A stretch of DNA of 64,000 bases, from contig LWCA01000002.1 of the NCBI GenBank assembly GCA_001642005.1, forward strand, positions 1 to 64,000, given 5' to 3'. The first letter of the stretch is position 1. Every line of letters starts with the position of its first letter. This DNA is from Intoshia linei. Its lineage: Eukaryota > Animalia > Orthonectida. Positions 1 to 19,273 of this stretch are shown here, in pieces. The notes beneath the pieces are model-generated. The model searched no databases and was not told where the DNA came from. It was given only the letters and a program-made list of their open reading frames with translations. The position numbers and the translations under genes are program-made.

Positions 1-435
1 ATATTTATGAGCCCAATATGATACTACAGCAAGATGGTGCTCCCTGTCATCGTTTTCGTTCCACTAAAAATTTACTACGTACCAGTAATATTGAGACGTT
101 GGATAATTGGCCTAGTCAGAGTCCAGATTTGAATATTATTGAAAATTTGTGGTTCATATTAAAGAGAAACGTGTCTAAAAGAGCCCCCCCAAAATTTGAC
201 TGGGTTGTGAAATATCGTTGTTGAAGAAAGGATAAAGATTGAATTTTCCATAATAAAAAATTTATATGAATCCATACGTCAAAGAATAAATTCAGTAATA
301 AAATGTAAAGGAGCTTCTACAAAGTATTAATTTATTTTATTTGATTGTATATAATTGATGGTCACAATTTCAACATTTTATTATAATTTATGTAAATTTT
401 AATTTACATGCCAGTTTATTTTGCACGGTACTGTA
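1..435 (+). mobile_element. Tc1/mariner element, 3' part (decayed DDE transposase plus right TIR)
   Basis: ORF 18-224 has Tc1 motifs QQDGAPCH and [15 protein letters not shown], then frameshifts. It ends in ...TTTATTTTGCACGGTACTG (433) followed by TA, i.e. a CAGT-type TIR with a TA target. Confidence 0.9.
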
Positions 436-1752
436 GGTGATAATAGAAAAAGTTTTTGTAAGGTGGGCGAAATTTTTTTTACTAGCGGAGTAATGCTGAA
501 AAAATTTTAACAATGGATTAAGAACTAAAAAAATTGTTGTTATATATAGGGATCTACAATTTTCTTATCTTGTCCGGGTCCACTTTTGGATTTGAAATTA
601 AAAACTCCACAAATAAAATAAAAAATCTGTGTTTTAAGTTTATGGGTAACGCTAAAAATTATCTTGTATTGAAATATTTTGATTACATTAATTTTAAGAT
701 TAAACAATCGAAAGAGAACAATTTTTTTTAATTTGTGTAGAATCCAAAGTGCCGTGTCACTCGGCCTGTTGGCTATTCACGGCCCTGATTAAAATTACAT
801 TAATTTTTGGGAAATATTTGTAAATTTTGAGACAAATATTTACTAAATTCATGTTAAAATATGCATCAAGTTTAATGTGTGAATTTTTTCAAATGATTTT
901 ATATATTTTAATTTTTCGGTGATAAAACGTGTTGAATGAATGTAAATATTTCATCAGTTTTATTTTATTACTCAATTAAATTTTTAATTACATGTAGCTA
1001 AAATACAATGATTTAAAAATTGAAATTTTAATAAAATAAAAAATTAAATTATGAATGATTTATGACCAATTTTAATAAGTTGTGTGCACTTTTTATAATT
1101 TTAGGAAGTAAAATTTGTAAGCTTATATTTGTTAATTAAAAATATTCGGATTTGAAGTATTATAATTACGTTACAGTTTTGTCAAGTACATTTGCAATAG
1201 ATATTATACATACAATTAAATGTATTTGAAAATTGATAAACCATATAACTTATACGTTACAAGTATGCACGCAATCACCAATGTATGTATAACCGTCACA
1301 TTTACTCAAGAGTTTGTGGCTAAAACACCAAATTATATGTAATTATCAATATCCTCACACGAAACAAATTATAATTCAAAGTGGATCATTAATTAGATCG
1401 ATATTTTTTAAAATAATAAATAAGAATGCAGCGCCAAATCTTGATTCAACCATTTTCATAATAAAATGGTCAAAATAGATTAGATTAACTTTGAAACACT
1501 TGTATTGATCACTTAAAAATTAGAATATAGTTCCAGATTGCACATTTAATCTAATTTACCATCTTGTAAATTATCGTTTCATAATATTTATCAATCTTGA
1601 AATTACAGTCCGACAACCTAAAACCATTCGACAAATTTAACAATTGAAAAAATTGGCCTATTAACATATTGAAAATTAAATCCCCAGATTTATCCAGTCC
1701 CAGGAGTTTCAAATTTTTCAAATTAACAATTTATTCTAATAACAAGTATTTA

Positions 1753-7442
<5,690 letters not shown>

Positions 7443-7878
7443 CTAATTAAACGTGAATAAAAAATTTTGAAAAAAGTATAAATAAAACACTAGAAAAAGA
7501 CGTTAATTGTATAATTTTACAAACTATAAGACTAAAATATAAAAAAATAAATTACATTTTTACCAAACATGTTCAAATCATATAGATACTTTATTAAAAC
7601 TTTGATATCATAAATCACGATAATTTAAAATATAGGCAAAAAGGTTTTCAGAAATACAAGTGAGTACCAACCTTTTACATGTTGCTACAATACTCTAACA
7701 TGCTTAATTTCAATGCTAAAATACTATTCAGGTTGGAATATCTGAATAAAAAATTTTGAATTTGTAAACTAGAAATGACATAGATATCGTTACGACGATA
7801 CGATTTAAATGCAATCCAACTTTATAAAAATTAGTGAAATTTTTAAAAATATTTTAAGTTTAATTGGTTGGGGTGTAG

Positions 7879-10071
7879 ATGAAAAGAATTAAAAAAACGA
7901 CCAACATTAATGAAAATAGTAAAATGGCGAATATTGAAAATATGACCAATTTATGGAAAAAATTAAAGAAACCTCAACGTGTTGCTGCTCCAATGGTTAA
8001 TATGAGTGAATTGTCTTTTAGAATGCTGCTCAGAAAATATGGTGCAGAATTATGTTTTACTCCCATGTACAATGCTAAAATTTTTATAAATAGTCAAAAA
8101 CACAGAAACATGTATTTTTCAACTTGTCCTGATGATCGTCCTTTAGGTGTTCAGGTGAATTATTTTTTAATTGCATAATTTTTATTCAGTTTCAATTGAA
8201 CAGTTCATGTTTTCTTTTATTAGTTTTATTTTATTTTATATTCGTTTTAGTTTTGTGCCAATGATCCAGAAATTTTTGCAACAGCGGCTAGAATGGTCCA
8301 AGATCAATGCGATTTTGTCGATTTAAACTTGGGATGTCCTCAAGGAATTGCTAAGAAAGGAAATTACGGTGCATACTTATTGACTAAAGTTGACCTCGTT
8401 TGCTCATTGATTGAAACGGCTGTAAAAATCTGCAATGTTCCCATAACTTGTAAGATACGAATCCTACCTTCACTTGAAGAGACCATTGCTTTGGTTAAGC
8501 GAATAGAATCTGCTGGTTGTTCAGTAATTTTTTATTTAGATAAATTTCGCCATTTTAAAGTGTTATTCAATTTTTCATAGGACATTTTTTCTTCCTTAAT
8601 TTAGCACCACGTTCCAAAATTTTTCGTTATACTCACGCATATAAACTGTTCTTTTAAAAGAGGTGTAGAGCAATACCTTAGCTGTCGTTTAAAATTTGGG
8701 TACAGGTCATGTGTTTAGTTCACATTATAGTATTGTTATATAAATTATTTGTAAATAATAATATAAAATATAATTAATATAAATATATTGTATAGTAATA
8801 TGACTTAACTTTTTTTTTGCAGAAATTTTGGGAGGTGGTGCTGATTTATAGTTGCAAATATACGAACATTGTGAAAATTTCTATGTAATACAATATTTCT
8901 TTTTTATATTTAAATTTTAGATGTTAACTGTACATGCAAGAACCAAAGAACAACGCGGTATCAATACAGGATGCTCTAATTGGGAATACATAAAGGAGAT
9001 TAAGTAACTTTAATGTATTATTATCAAAAGCGTCTGGGGCATTTAGTACTTTTTACTCCACGTTTATTAAGAGTGGCTAGTGATTATGCTGGTATTTTCG
9101 TGTTTTAAATGTTGGCTAAATAAGATTATCAATGTTCAAAATAACGATCGAACCAGGTTTCTTGCTAACGTTTTCAAAAAAAAAAACTTTTTTTTTCTTC
9201 AAAGTCGTTTACAATTATTTTAACTTTATGTAAATTGTTATATCATTCTACAATTCCAACCAATGCCACACGTATTTTGATTAGATGTTAGATGGCAATG
9301 TTCCAACGTCAGAAAAAAAATTAGTCTGTTGAGATGTCTCATTTAGATATTATTTAGAAATATCAAAAAGGGTGTTTCAAAATAAAATAGATTTCATTAT
9401 TTTCAATAAACAATTTGACTATATTTATTTTTAGAAAAGTAATTTCCATTCCACTAATTTATAATGGAGGAATTTTAAATATGAATCATGTAGATATTTG
9501 CATGAATGAAATTGGATGCAATGGAATTATGGTTGCAGGTAATTAAATTAAAACAATTTATTGCATTTTTATTTAGAAGCCCTTTTGCACAATCCAGCTT
9601 TATTTTCCAATGTAAAAATTTCTTGTATAAACATTGCTTTTGAGTACCTTGAAATGTGTGATAAGTATAATGAATCGTTCAATTTTATTAGAGGACATAT
9701 ATTTCGACTTGTTAGACAATTGTATTAATATTTACATAATTCATGTACTAAAAAAATTTAGTATTCATCAGTTCACTGATATCCGCGACAGATTATCCAA
9801 AAACATAACTATAGACGAATACAAAGCTACATTATTTGATTTGGAGAAAAAAATATTAGAAATGCCGCCAGATGATGGTAAATTAATTAATAATAATTTT
9901 AAATTACAATGCAAGTATATAACAAAAATCTAATTAATCTTTAACGTTTTTAGCAATCCACAAATTATTAATTTGTCAAAATGTTCCTTACAAGGTATAT
10001 TCTACTTATCAAACTTTTGAATCAAATATTTAATTTAGCATAGAATGAAAATTACACATTTAGTTGATTAA
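7879..10071 (+). CDS. DUS1L: tRNA-dihydrouridine synthase 1-like, multi-exon (start 7879 or 7924)
   Basis: Motifs APMVNMSELSFRMLLRKYGAELCFTPM, DRPLGVQ|FCANDP, DLNLGCPQGIAKKGNYGAYL, LTVHART and LLHNPALF. Stop TAA at 10069-10071. Confidence 0.95.
8603..8842. mobile_element. MITE with ~20-bp TIRs (possibly PIF/Harbinger-type) in a DUS1L intron
   Basis: AGCACCACGTTCCAAAATTT ... AAATTTTGGGAGGTGGTGCT inverted repeats. Confidence 0.6.
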
Positions 10072-10185
10072 AAATTTTATATTAATAAAAATTGAAAAAT
10101 AATATTTATTGCCGGCAAGCTGATTCCAAATTGTATTTGGATTTAATAAATACTGTACAAATTTACAAGATACCAGAAAATATAT

Positions 10186-13100
10186 TTATACACTCTCTGG
10201 TTTGTCTATAAATGTATCTATGGGTTGTACAATTTTGTTTTCATATACATGAACTAAGGCTTTACATGTAAAATTGAATTGAATCTAATTATTGGTTAAT
10301 TTAAATTTTTTATTATATATTACATCAGTTTGTATCATGAGTGCCCTGCAGCATCGCATTTCTTTGACTATATTGATTGGGAAAATAGGTTGGTTGGCTT
10401 CAATTAAACACATGACAGTGTCCATCATAATCAGAACTCCACTTCGACCAATTCCGGCACTAATTTAACAAGCTTGTTAATTTATAATGGACAGTAAATT
10501 ACCTGCAATGGACGATTGTATTTTCTAATATTCCTTTTTTTTCTTCTCTTACAACTTGAATAAATTGAATAAAATTATCAAAATCTGTTGGCACTCCATG
10601 ATCAGGCCAAGATGTGTACTGTAAATGTACAACTTGTCTAACGTTTGATTCTTGAGGCTAAAAATAGTAATAATATAGTAAGGAGCAAAATAATTATGAC
10701 TTAATATTTACGGTACATTGCAAATTTTACAACGTATTCAAAAATAATAAAATGAATTTTGGTGATAGAAAGCAAGAATTGCATCAGTTTTAAATATAAA
10801 ACATTAAGAGGTACATTATTAAATTGTGTATATTAATTAATGTATATGACGCCATGTAGAGTTGTGTTGCATGTGTGAAAAAACACGATAAAAACGAATA
10901 GAACTTTTTGTTGTTGGTAAAAATTGATACTATTCATTGGATAGGCTGAATATATTAAAATTTTGCAATTACATTTATTTTCTTCTACACAATTATGGTG
11001 TCATTTCATTAGACTAATCAAATTAATGCATAATGCCTTCTAAAACCTTAGAGTTGACGCGAGCCTTGAAATTTAAAAATAACTGAATATTTTGATGTAT
11101 TGAGTCAACTTTTAAATTTACCCAAAAATGAAAATATTTGAAACAGAAAACGTTGATAACCATTAAATACTATACATCAGGGGTTCCCACACTTTTTTCA
11201 CGGAGGATTAGTAATAAATTATAAACTTTAAAGTTACCGATTTAATTATAAGCGAAATTACTAGACAACATTAAAAAAATTTTGATAAAAAACGTAATAA
11301 AATTTATTATTTATTAATAAATTGACTTTTAATTAGTAAAAATTATTTCGCTAACAGGTAAAAATTTTTAAAGAATAAAACAAGTAAATATTTACAAAAT
11401 ATAGTTCCAATATTTTCGCTTTTGTAACGTTATAATTTTTTTAAAACTACACTAAACTCGAAAAGTGACCACCTTTTTGAACAAGTAAACACTTTTTCCA
11501 CTAAACTACAATGTTACCATATTTACTCTATTAATTAAACTGATAAGTTTATATTTAACAATAACATAAACGAAATATATGCAATGCATATTATGCATCT
11601 ACGAATAGTATTTATTAAGATGACTGAAAATTATTGTAAATAATGTTATTAATATTTATTTATTAAATATGTAATCAGTGACATAAAGCCCAAACCTACT
11701 ATGCCTTGAATTTCAACTTTAAACGTAATGTAAATAAAAAATAGACCCTAGCCATTTCTCCACAGATTTGGATTTTCAGTTTATATTTGAGAAACAAAAC
11801 AGTTGAATGACATTGAAGAATATAATATTTGAAAAAAATAAGATTTTTTCGGGTACGGTAGTTTCTATTTGAGATTTAGCCAGAGCCGTTTTAAGGCATG
11901 GGTAATATGAGCTGTAGCCCAGGGCCCCGAATTAATAAAAGTACTTTACATTTATATCTTAAAAAGAGGCCCCCAATTTATTACAAAATACTTCTATTTT
12001 TCTAAACAGGGGACCTAATTTTTTTTATCGCTTGCTCGAAATTTTAAAGGGGCCGGCCCTTTGCTTAGCCCAGGGCCTAAGACAAGTGGCTTAAAATGCC
12101 TCTGGATTTAGTGATACCTTTTTAGAAGTGAATTTAATTGACATTAGTAGTTTTGTTATAAAATCTTAAAAAGTGCCACTTTCGAGCGTCTACTGTAGTA
12201 TATTTCTTGTTTTACGGTAACTTCTCGCGCCCGTTGGGAAAACTGATATACTATTAATAAATAAATATTAAGATTACCATTTGATCTGCATTAATGATGG
12301 TGAAAATTCTGTATATGTAACCGTTCATAGTGGTACAGCTTTCAAGGGTTATATTAAATGAACCAATATTGAAAACATTATTATCGTCCGACCAGTATTT
12401 ATAACATTTTTTTTTATTTTTTTCATAACATTGAGTAAGCATAACAACTAAAGAGGACTTTTCGTTCCAAATCATTTGCCAAAAATCCAAAACTGTACTT
12501 TTCAACGGGCCTTGGGCAGCAATGTACCGATTAACAACTCCGGATTTTGTAATTTTCATCTAGTCGAAAAATGATAATAGTTATCATAAAAACATACCGT
12601 AACATAACTAGCATTGATATATCCATACATTTTGTCAGAGTGGAGTTCTTTTGGACTGGATACCAATGGTATTTCAAATGAAGCTTTGCACTCTGTTTCA
12701 CTGTCAGAAGATAGTTTAGAAATTGTATCTATCACTTTTTTAATACAATTCTTGAACGGAATTTCTTTAGGTAAAGATTTACAATATAACTTACTATTGA
12801 GTACAACCCTGGTACTGTCATACGGGTAAACATCACGATATCGATTTTTTGTAATATTTTTGGGATGAAAAGCCGATGAATTGGTCATACCCGGTTTGAA
12901 GCGAAATATACTTTTATAAAGAGTATAGTCTTCGCATTTATCCAGCATTTCTTTGATTAGATTTATTGATTCAGGTAAGGTGATTGATTCCTTGTTTTGG
13001 TTAGATTCTTCAATATAAGATTGTTTGTTTCTAATGTTTATGTGAAAAGGTCCATTTTCGCGGCGGACACTGGAAGAACTTAAAGTAAACGATTTTTTAG

Positions 13101-16100
13101 TCTTTTCAATTTTGGACGAGTCAAATTCATAAAAAATGGGTTTATCTGAAGAAGACGATGTAGATGAAAGGTTAGTTGTACTATTTGAAGAAATATGTTC
13201 TTTTACTGATGTTGACTTGGGTATTTTTGGGTGAGATTTAATTTTATTTTGGTTCATTTGAATTTCAACGTTCTAGTAGATACATTATAACCAGTATTTT
13301 AAATATAGATTTATATGTGCAATGACGACAATTAGAATCATTGTTAATAAAACGCCTTTAAATTTGAATTTTTAATAATTAGTCCATTTACCTGAGTTAA
13401 CAATTAACACAATCAACAAACGTCAAGTTTCTTGGTTATGTGTAAACAGTTGGTGGGTTAATAAATTAAATGTAACACTAAGTCAGATAAGTGAGTCTTA
13501 ATCTAATTCAACTACAATATCATAAATATTAAAGCATTGGCTCTATGTAACATCTCATATAAATGTTTACATTATCACTAGGGTATATTAAGATTTCATC
13601 AAATGTAAACATCAATAAAATCTGTAAAAATGTAGGTATTCCAAAAACTTGCCAATAAAATCATAATAATCTCACATGTAAAACAAATACAGAATCGTTT
13701 ACGATATTCATGTATTATTCTACCTGAATAAATGAACCAACTAAAAAATATATTTACTTTACAGTAGAAAACATAATAGTTTATTGAAAGGTAAAACGAA
13801 AAAATACAAAGTAAAGTGTATTTCATGTATCCAACAAATACGAGATTAATATCATCATAAAATAAAAAAAGTACCATAATTGGTTTTTCCGATACACTTT
13901 GAGATATATCATTGATGGGTTTTGCATTTCTAGTTTTATCTCGGAAGGAATGAGATTCAAGCTAAAATATATTAATGTCAATTTTTAAATGTAAATACAT
14001 GGTTCATTGTGGATGAAATGCCTGTATACGTTATTTTTTTAGAAATGGTTCTAAAAATTAATAATTCACTACATAAACTGGATATAATTAACTCTTCATC
14101 TGTATCACGCAATCTCTTGTTGAATGTAGGTAATGAATGTGTACTATGGTGTTCTATTTGTTCTACATCCTCTATTGACCTACTATAATTTGTTGCGAAA
14201 TTATCGACAATATTAGAACAAACGGATGTATTTGCTAACGTTGCTTGAGAGTTAAAATTTGATCTAGATTCAGAAGTGAAAAAATACATAAAAGGTTACT
14301 CGTTGAAATCAAATAAGGATACATTTGAAGGAATGTTTTGCAGTCTGAAAAATCTATGATTATCTACGCAACACTGCCACAGTTTTTTACATTTTTCACA
14401 GTTTTCTAGCTCATATGTCATTTTTATTTTCTAAAAAAGGGGTTATACCTTGGTATGAAATCCTAGTTTATTATGGCAAATAAGTCATACAATGCAGTTG
14501 ACCCTTTATAAGTGCAAATATATGCATTTTAATAAATTTTTTTTAAAAATATTTACAGTGCTGGTATATTATTTATGTTAATTGTATTAATTATTTGAGA
14601 TAGAAAATTAAGCTACATTTCATACTATAAATTGATTGTAAATAGATAACATTAGTATTTATAAAATCAGGTTAGTTTTTCAATTGATAATAATAATATT
14701 AAAAAAGTTAAAATTATTGTGAACATCATGTACTGGGCATGGCAGTAACTTAACGAGAAAAATATAGTTAAATATTAATTTTTCATTAATATCATTGTAT
14801 TCGAAATTTGAATTGCTAGAAATTTTACTAATTATCAATTAGCCACGCTATTTTTACATCAACTGATCCACGATTAACAAAATTCATTTTGAGTTTATGT
14901 TTATGTTAACAAATTCAAACTTTGTCTATACTTTTTGGGATTAATTATGAGGAAATCAAACATCGTTAAAAACAAAAACGGACCAAAAAACATAGTAAAC
15001 CCATCAAAGGTAGTACAATCAGTTTAATGATGGTTTGAATAAAGATTTTTTTGTGCGGCCTGCGTAAAATTTTTTTTTATTTGGTCCGCCAAGCAAATTG
15101 AATTTGACACCCCTGATATAGACACATTTCATTATTTATTGTAATTAACATAAACAGCAGTAGTGCAGCTGCTGAAAGTTGCAATGCTACTTTAAAATCA
15201 GTTTACTATCATTGTTTTTGCAACGTACAAATCGTACGATAGTTTTACTGATATAAAATTTATGTACAAAATAAAAACATATTTTTTTTATATAAATTGA
15301 TATGTTGTCTATTTTTCGTTTAAAGTTCTTTCTTTCGAATACAAGCAGAAACTGCTTATATTCAAAACACTCAATACTTTTAAACTCATAAACATTACAG
15401 TAAATCGCAAACCCAAAAAAGTGTATTTTCACCATCAAAACCTCAGATTATACTTTATTTAAAAAATGAAAACAGTCTAGAATTTAAAAAAAATAGTGTC
15501 GATAGTTATATCCAGTTAATACACATAAAAAATTTTAATTTGAGAAAGTGACGCCTTGATGGTCAAAAAATCATTAAAGTAAGATTTAATTATTGAATTA
15601 TTTTTTTTGTAGAATTAATAAATTACACCCTCTGGATATCTAGGTGTTGTTGTGCAAAGTACATAACAGTCAATCTAGTTTCAAATAAAATTTCCATTTA
15701 TGATAATGCTTATGAATTAAAAAACCATCCCAGAATTTATGTTGTATAAAATCCTAAGACTTTCTTTAGTTTTACAAAAAAGGGTAATTTGTGGTTTTGG
15801 CCGTAAAAATATAAAATTTTGAAATTAAAAATTATGATAATATTTATGAATTTAAAACTTTTTATTAGAATGTTTATTAGAATTTTTTATAATTCTAGGA
15901 CTAATTTGAATTAAAAAAAAATTGGTGTTTATGTCCTTGAAGGACTCAATTTCTGAAATTGAAATTTGCAATAAAACAACACTCTCGAAAAACTGCTATA
16001 GAAATATGGAATTTTTAAAACTTGACTCCTCTTATTTTCTTAAATAAACTGGAACAGACATCCAAACAAATAGACTTACATTTTTAACTAAATTACTTGT

Positions 16101-17779
16101 GTTAGTAAAGATTTTGTAATTAATTTGAACTAATTCGAATAAATTAGTTTGGAAGTTCTAGATATGATAATTATCAAAAAGTTGACAAATTAATGTACCA
16201 TTCCCAGTACGTGTACCAATTTTTTGTTGACAACCCTGTATATTCTGTTAATATTTTAAAAATTACACTATTGACTTCGATACTGAATACACGCTTCTTA
16301 AAATTGAGCTTAGCAATTTCAGTCCTAAATATATTCATGTACCGCATTTTTCGGAGTACAAGGCGCACTGGCGTATAAGACACATTCCTAATTTTTCATG
16401 TCAAAGGGTACGCCTTATACTCCGAAAAATACGGTATTGTTAAATTGTTACATTATATGTTATCCAAACAATACACATTTAAGCCAACGAATAAAATAAA
16501 AATTGTAAAAAACAAAGTAGGTTTAACAAAAGGTTAGAAAAATTTGATAAATAATTTTCTAGCTAGTAGTTACATTTGAATATTTGCGGTTTGTCAAATT
16601 TCTAAAATAAACAACTTTTTGACCTTCAGTCTAATCTGATTGAACTACCTTATTTTAATACAAGTAAAAGATTTATAGATAATCTTCAAATGGTTACCAA
16701 GTAAAAAATATAAATTAAAAAAAAAATTTTCCAAATTCAAGAATCCCTCGATTAGTACTCCTCATTCTAGTTAAATTAGCGAACAACCTAATCGATGATA
16801 AAAAATAAATTTTACTGTATACCAAAAGTTGAATAATTACCATTTTAAAGGTATCGGTTTAAACTGAAAACTATACACAATAATGCCAGCAAAATTAACA
16901 TATATATGTCCAATGTTATCCTAATTAATATAATGTAAATTTAAATGAGTTTAAAAAGTTGAAAAAAGTACAGCAGAATTTCTAATAGGAAATTTCCAAA
17001 AAGCATAATCATCAAAATCGCTAATAATTTTTAAAAATTGTTGTTCGGAAATGTGAGGTGGAGTTCCACTAAATAAAAGTAAACTGTAATGAATAAATAA
17101 ATAAAAAATACGTTAAATGTTCAGATTGACGCCGTACAGCATCAAAGTCTTGAAATGACGATAAAAAAAACGTAGATTTAACTTCTTCCATATTCACGCT
17201 ATTAAATCCAAAATCTCCATAATCAGCTACATGATTTTAAAAATAAAAAAAAACACATTGTAAAAACACTAAAAAATTAATACAAAAATGTAGATTTAAA
17301 TTTTAAAATATAAGATGGTATAAAAATTTTGGTCTAAAAAATAAAAATATACAATGAATCGCCAAACTAGTTAAATAGACATGGTCGTTGAAAGATATGG
17401 AACTATACTTGTTTGTCAAAAGATTTTTCTTGCATTGAAGAAAATAATTGTACATTACAGATTCATCTTGGATAAGATATGGAAATTCAATGTAATATTT
17501 AACTGCAAATTGCAAATAAAATATTTTTTCAGAGAATTGTTTGCGTAGTGGTTTGTTTAGATTCATCCATTTAATTTCTTGGTCCGGTAAAAATGAATTT
17601 TTTTGAGAAAACAAATATTGGCCTATATGATACAAACCAAAATAAATACATTCTCTCAAGCTTAAGTGAGTTTTTATCAAATTCATTAATAACGATCCGT
17701 ACGCTTTTCTTGGAACAGTAAATTTTTGACAAGTATCGTCAATAAATTTGACATTACAAATTAAATTGGTAGATTTCAT
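10186..17779 (-). CDS. FERM-domain protein tyrosine phosphatase, PTPN3/PTPN4 (Ptpmeg)-like, no PDZ domain detected
   Basis: N-terminal FERM domain ([34 protein letters not shown]). PTP domain with [49 protein letters not shown]|SAGIGRSG and MIQT. Catalytic motifs are intact. Confidence 0.92.
11178..12245. mobile_element. Decayed hAT (Charlie-like) MITE hosting a nested element
   Basis: CAGGGGTTCCCA ... GTTGGGAAAACTG termini; only a partial TSD match. Confidence 0.5.
11881..12104. mobile_element. hAT (Tip100-like) MITE, 224 bp
   Basis: TIRs CAGAGCCGTTTTAAG / CTTAAAATGCCTCTG; TSD GATTTAGC / GATTTAGT; internal repeated TAGCCCAGGGCC. Confidence 0.85.
16342..16434. mobile_element. 93-bp pogo/Tc2-like MITE
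   Basis: 24-bp TIRs CCG(C/T)ATTTTTCGGAGTA(C/T)AAGGCG with TA on both sides. Confidence 0.88.
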
Positions 17780-18289
17780 TTAATGTAGGCTTTATAAAAT
17801 TACAAAATATTTTAAGATAATCATGAAAGTAGTTTAAATTCAAATTTTTTTGTTGTTACTGTAGAACTTTTCAAAATAAACAAAAGTAAAATGAATACTG
17901 TAACATAATCTATATACAATTAAAATTAAAATTCTTGAACAGTAATTATTGTAATTATAATTGGTGTATTGATGCAATATAGTTGTCCAACATTTTATTG
18001 CTCAACGCGACTAAAATATTAGAAAAATCTTAAATTGAAAATAAAACATTTTAGAAATAAATAAAGATAAATACTGAAATGCTCATGTTTTATTTTTTTA
18101 TGCTGTAATAATAATTGCTCGGCCAGTTTTGTACATGCGAAAATGACTTCAAATTAACGTGTATTTTATATAGTGTAGATTATAATCTACAAAATAATTA
18201 TACATTGTGGGATTCAAAGGTAATTTCTTTATTATTGTTTTATATTTAAAAAGAAAAAATTAATAAGAGCGAAAATATATAAAAAAATA

Positions 18290-18600
18290 CCGTGTGGACG
18301 ACTTGTTTGGCAACAGTCGACTTTTTTTTCAAAAAGGAAAGCCAAAATCGTGGAAATTTGCTGTTGGTTTAATTATTTGTTTAATCATCTCAAATGGGTC
18401 CAAAACATCAGATAAGATTTGGAACTTTAAACCTACAAGGTGGAACTTACGGTAAAGGAACACAGATATCGCCAACGACATGCAAAAATACAAGATGACC
18501 GCCCTCTGCACAACAGAAACCAAACTAATGATAGACAAAAGTGGAGGAACATTGTAGCAAAATTCCACGAACTGTAGTGTCAACCGACGTAAAAAAAAAT
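18290..18600 (+). mobile_element. Internally deleted (bipartite) RTE-like LINE derivative
   Basis: From ATG 18394: IRFGTLNLQG / DIANDMQKYKMTALCTTETK (AP-endonuclease N-terminus, one frameshift). This is joined at ~18525 to NDRQKWRNIVAKFHEL* (RTE-type C-terminus), followed by CAACCGACGT and an A-run. Confidence 0.7.
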
Positions 18601-18923
18601 TTAAAAATGTCCTCTCCAGACTGGTCAATGAAAAAAATAGAGGTAGCTGGAGTTACGAGCCTTATTTGAATTTTAATGTGTACAATTGTCACCCGACATC
18701 GTGGAGATTGTTGTTGTAATGCAATGTTGCAAATGATAATGTTTAATGTTTTAATGACAACCACTATTATACAAAAAAATTTTTATGTCAAAAAAAACTT
18801 TATTATTCAAACAAGTATTGTTGATACTATTAACTAGTTACGTTTAAAATTCTAAAACAGGAATTTCTCAAAATTTCTCATTTCTTATTTATATTAACAC
18901 ATTTATTATTTCCTTGACCATTA

Positions 18924-19273
18924 GATTGATAATCATGCAGATGACCAGCAGATGGTATATGAATGAACTTAAAAATCATGATCATGACTATATAAAGCTA
19001 ACTTTAAGATTCAAATTTTATTTCCAAGTGAACGTTTTATTATCCACCGATAAAAATTTAGCAAGTCCTAGAAAAATCAAAAATTGGTATAAAGTATTTA
19101 TTGTGTTATATATAATGAACCATATACTCAAATACATTTTAAGGGTTTTAGTATGATAAATTTTGAGAAAGTTGAGCAAATTGTTCATGATTTTGTAAAA
19201 AAATACATTTTACATTTAAAGAATTGTATCTGCAAAACTGAGAATGAGAAATTAATTGAAATGTATCAATAAA
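18924..19273 (+). CDS. Orphan spliced ORF fragment, weak PXA-domain-like pattern
   Basis: GT-AG introns 19028-19061 and 19094-19151 join in frame to give SRWYMNELKNHDHDYIKLTLRFKFYFQ|QVLEKSKIGI|NMINFEKVEQIVHDFVKKYILHLKNC. Confidence 0.3.

Noticed and set aside
1170-1720. Exon-like minus-strand fragments downstream of BCAS3 (LKLLGLDKSGDLIFN|MLSDCNFKIDKYYE; HKLLSKCDGYTYIGDC)
   Set aside because: No start codon, coherent gene model or recognisable homology.
8126-8150. CTGATGA hammerhead-like core
   Set aside because: It falls in conserved DUS1L coding sequence (PDDRPL) and lacks matching stems.
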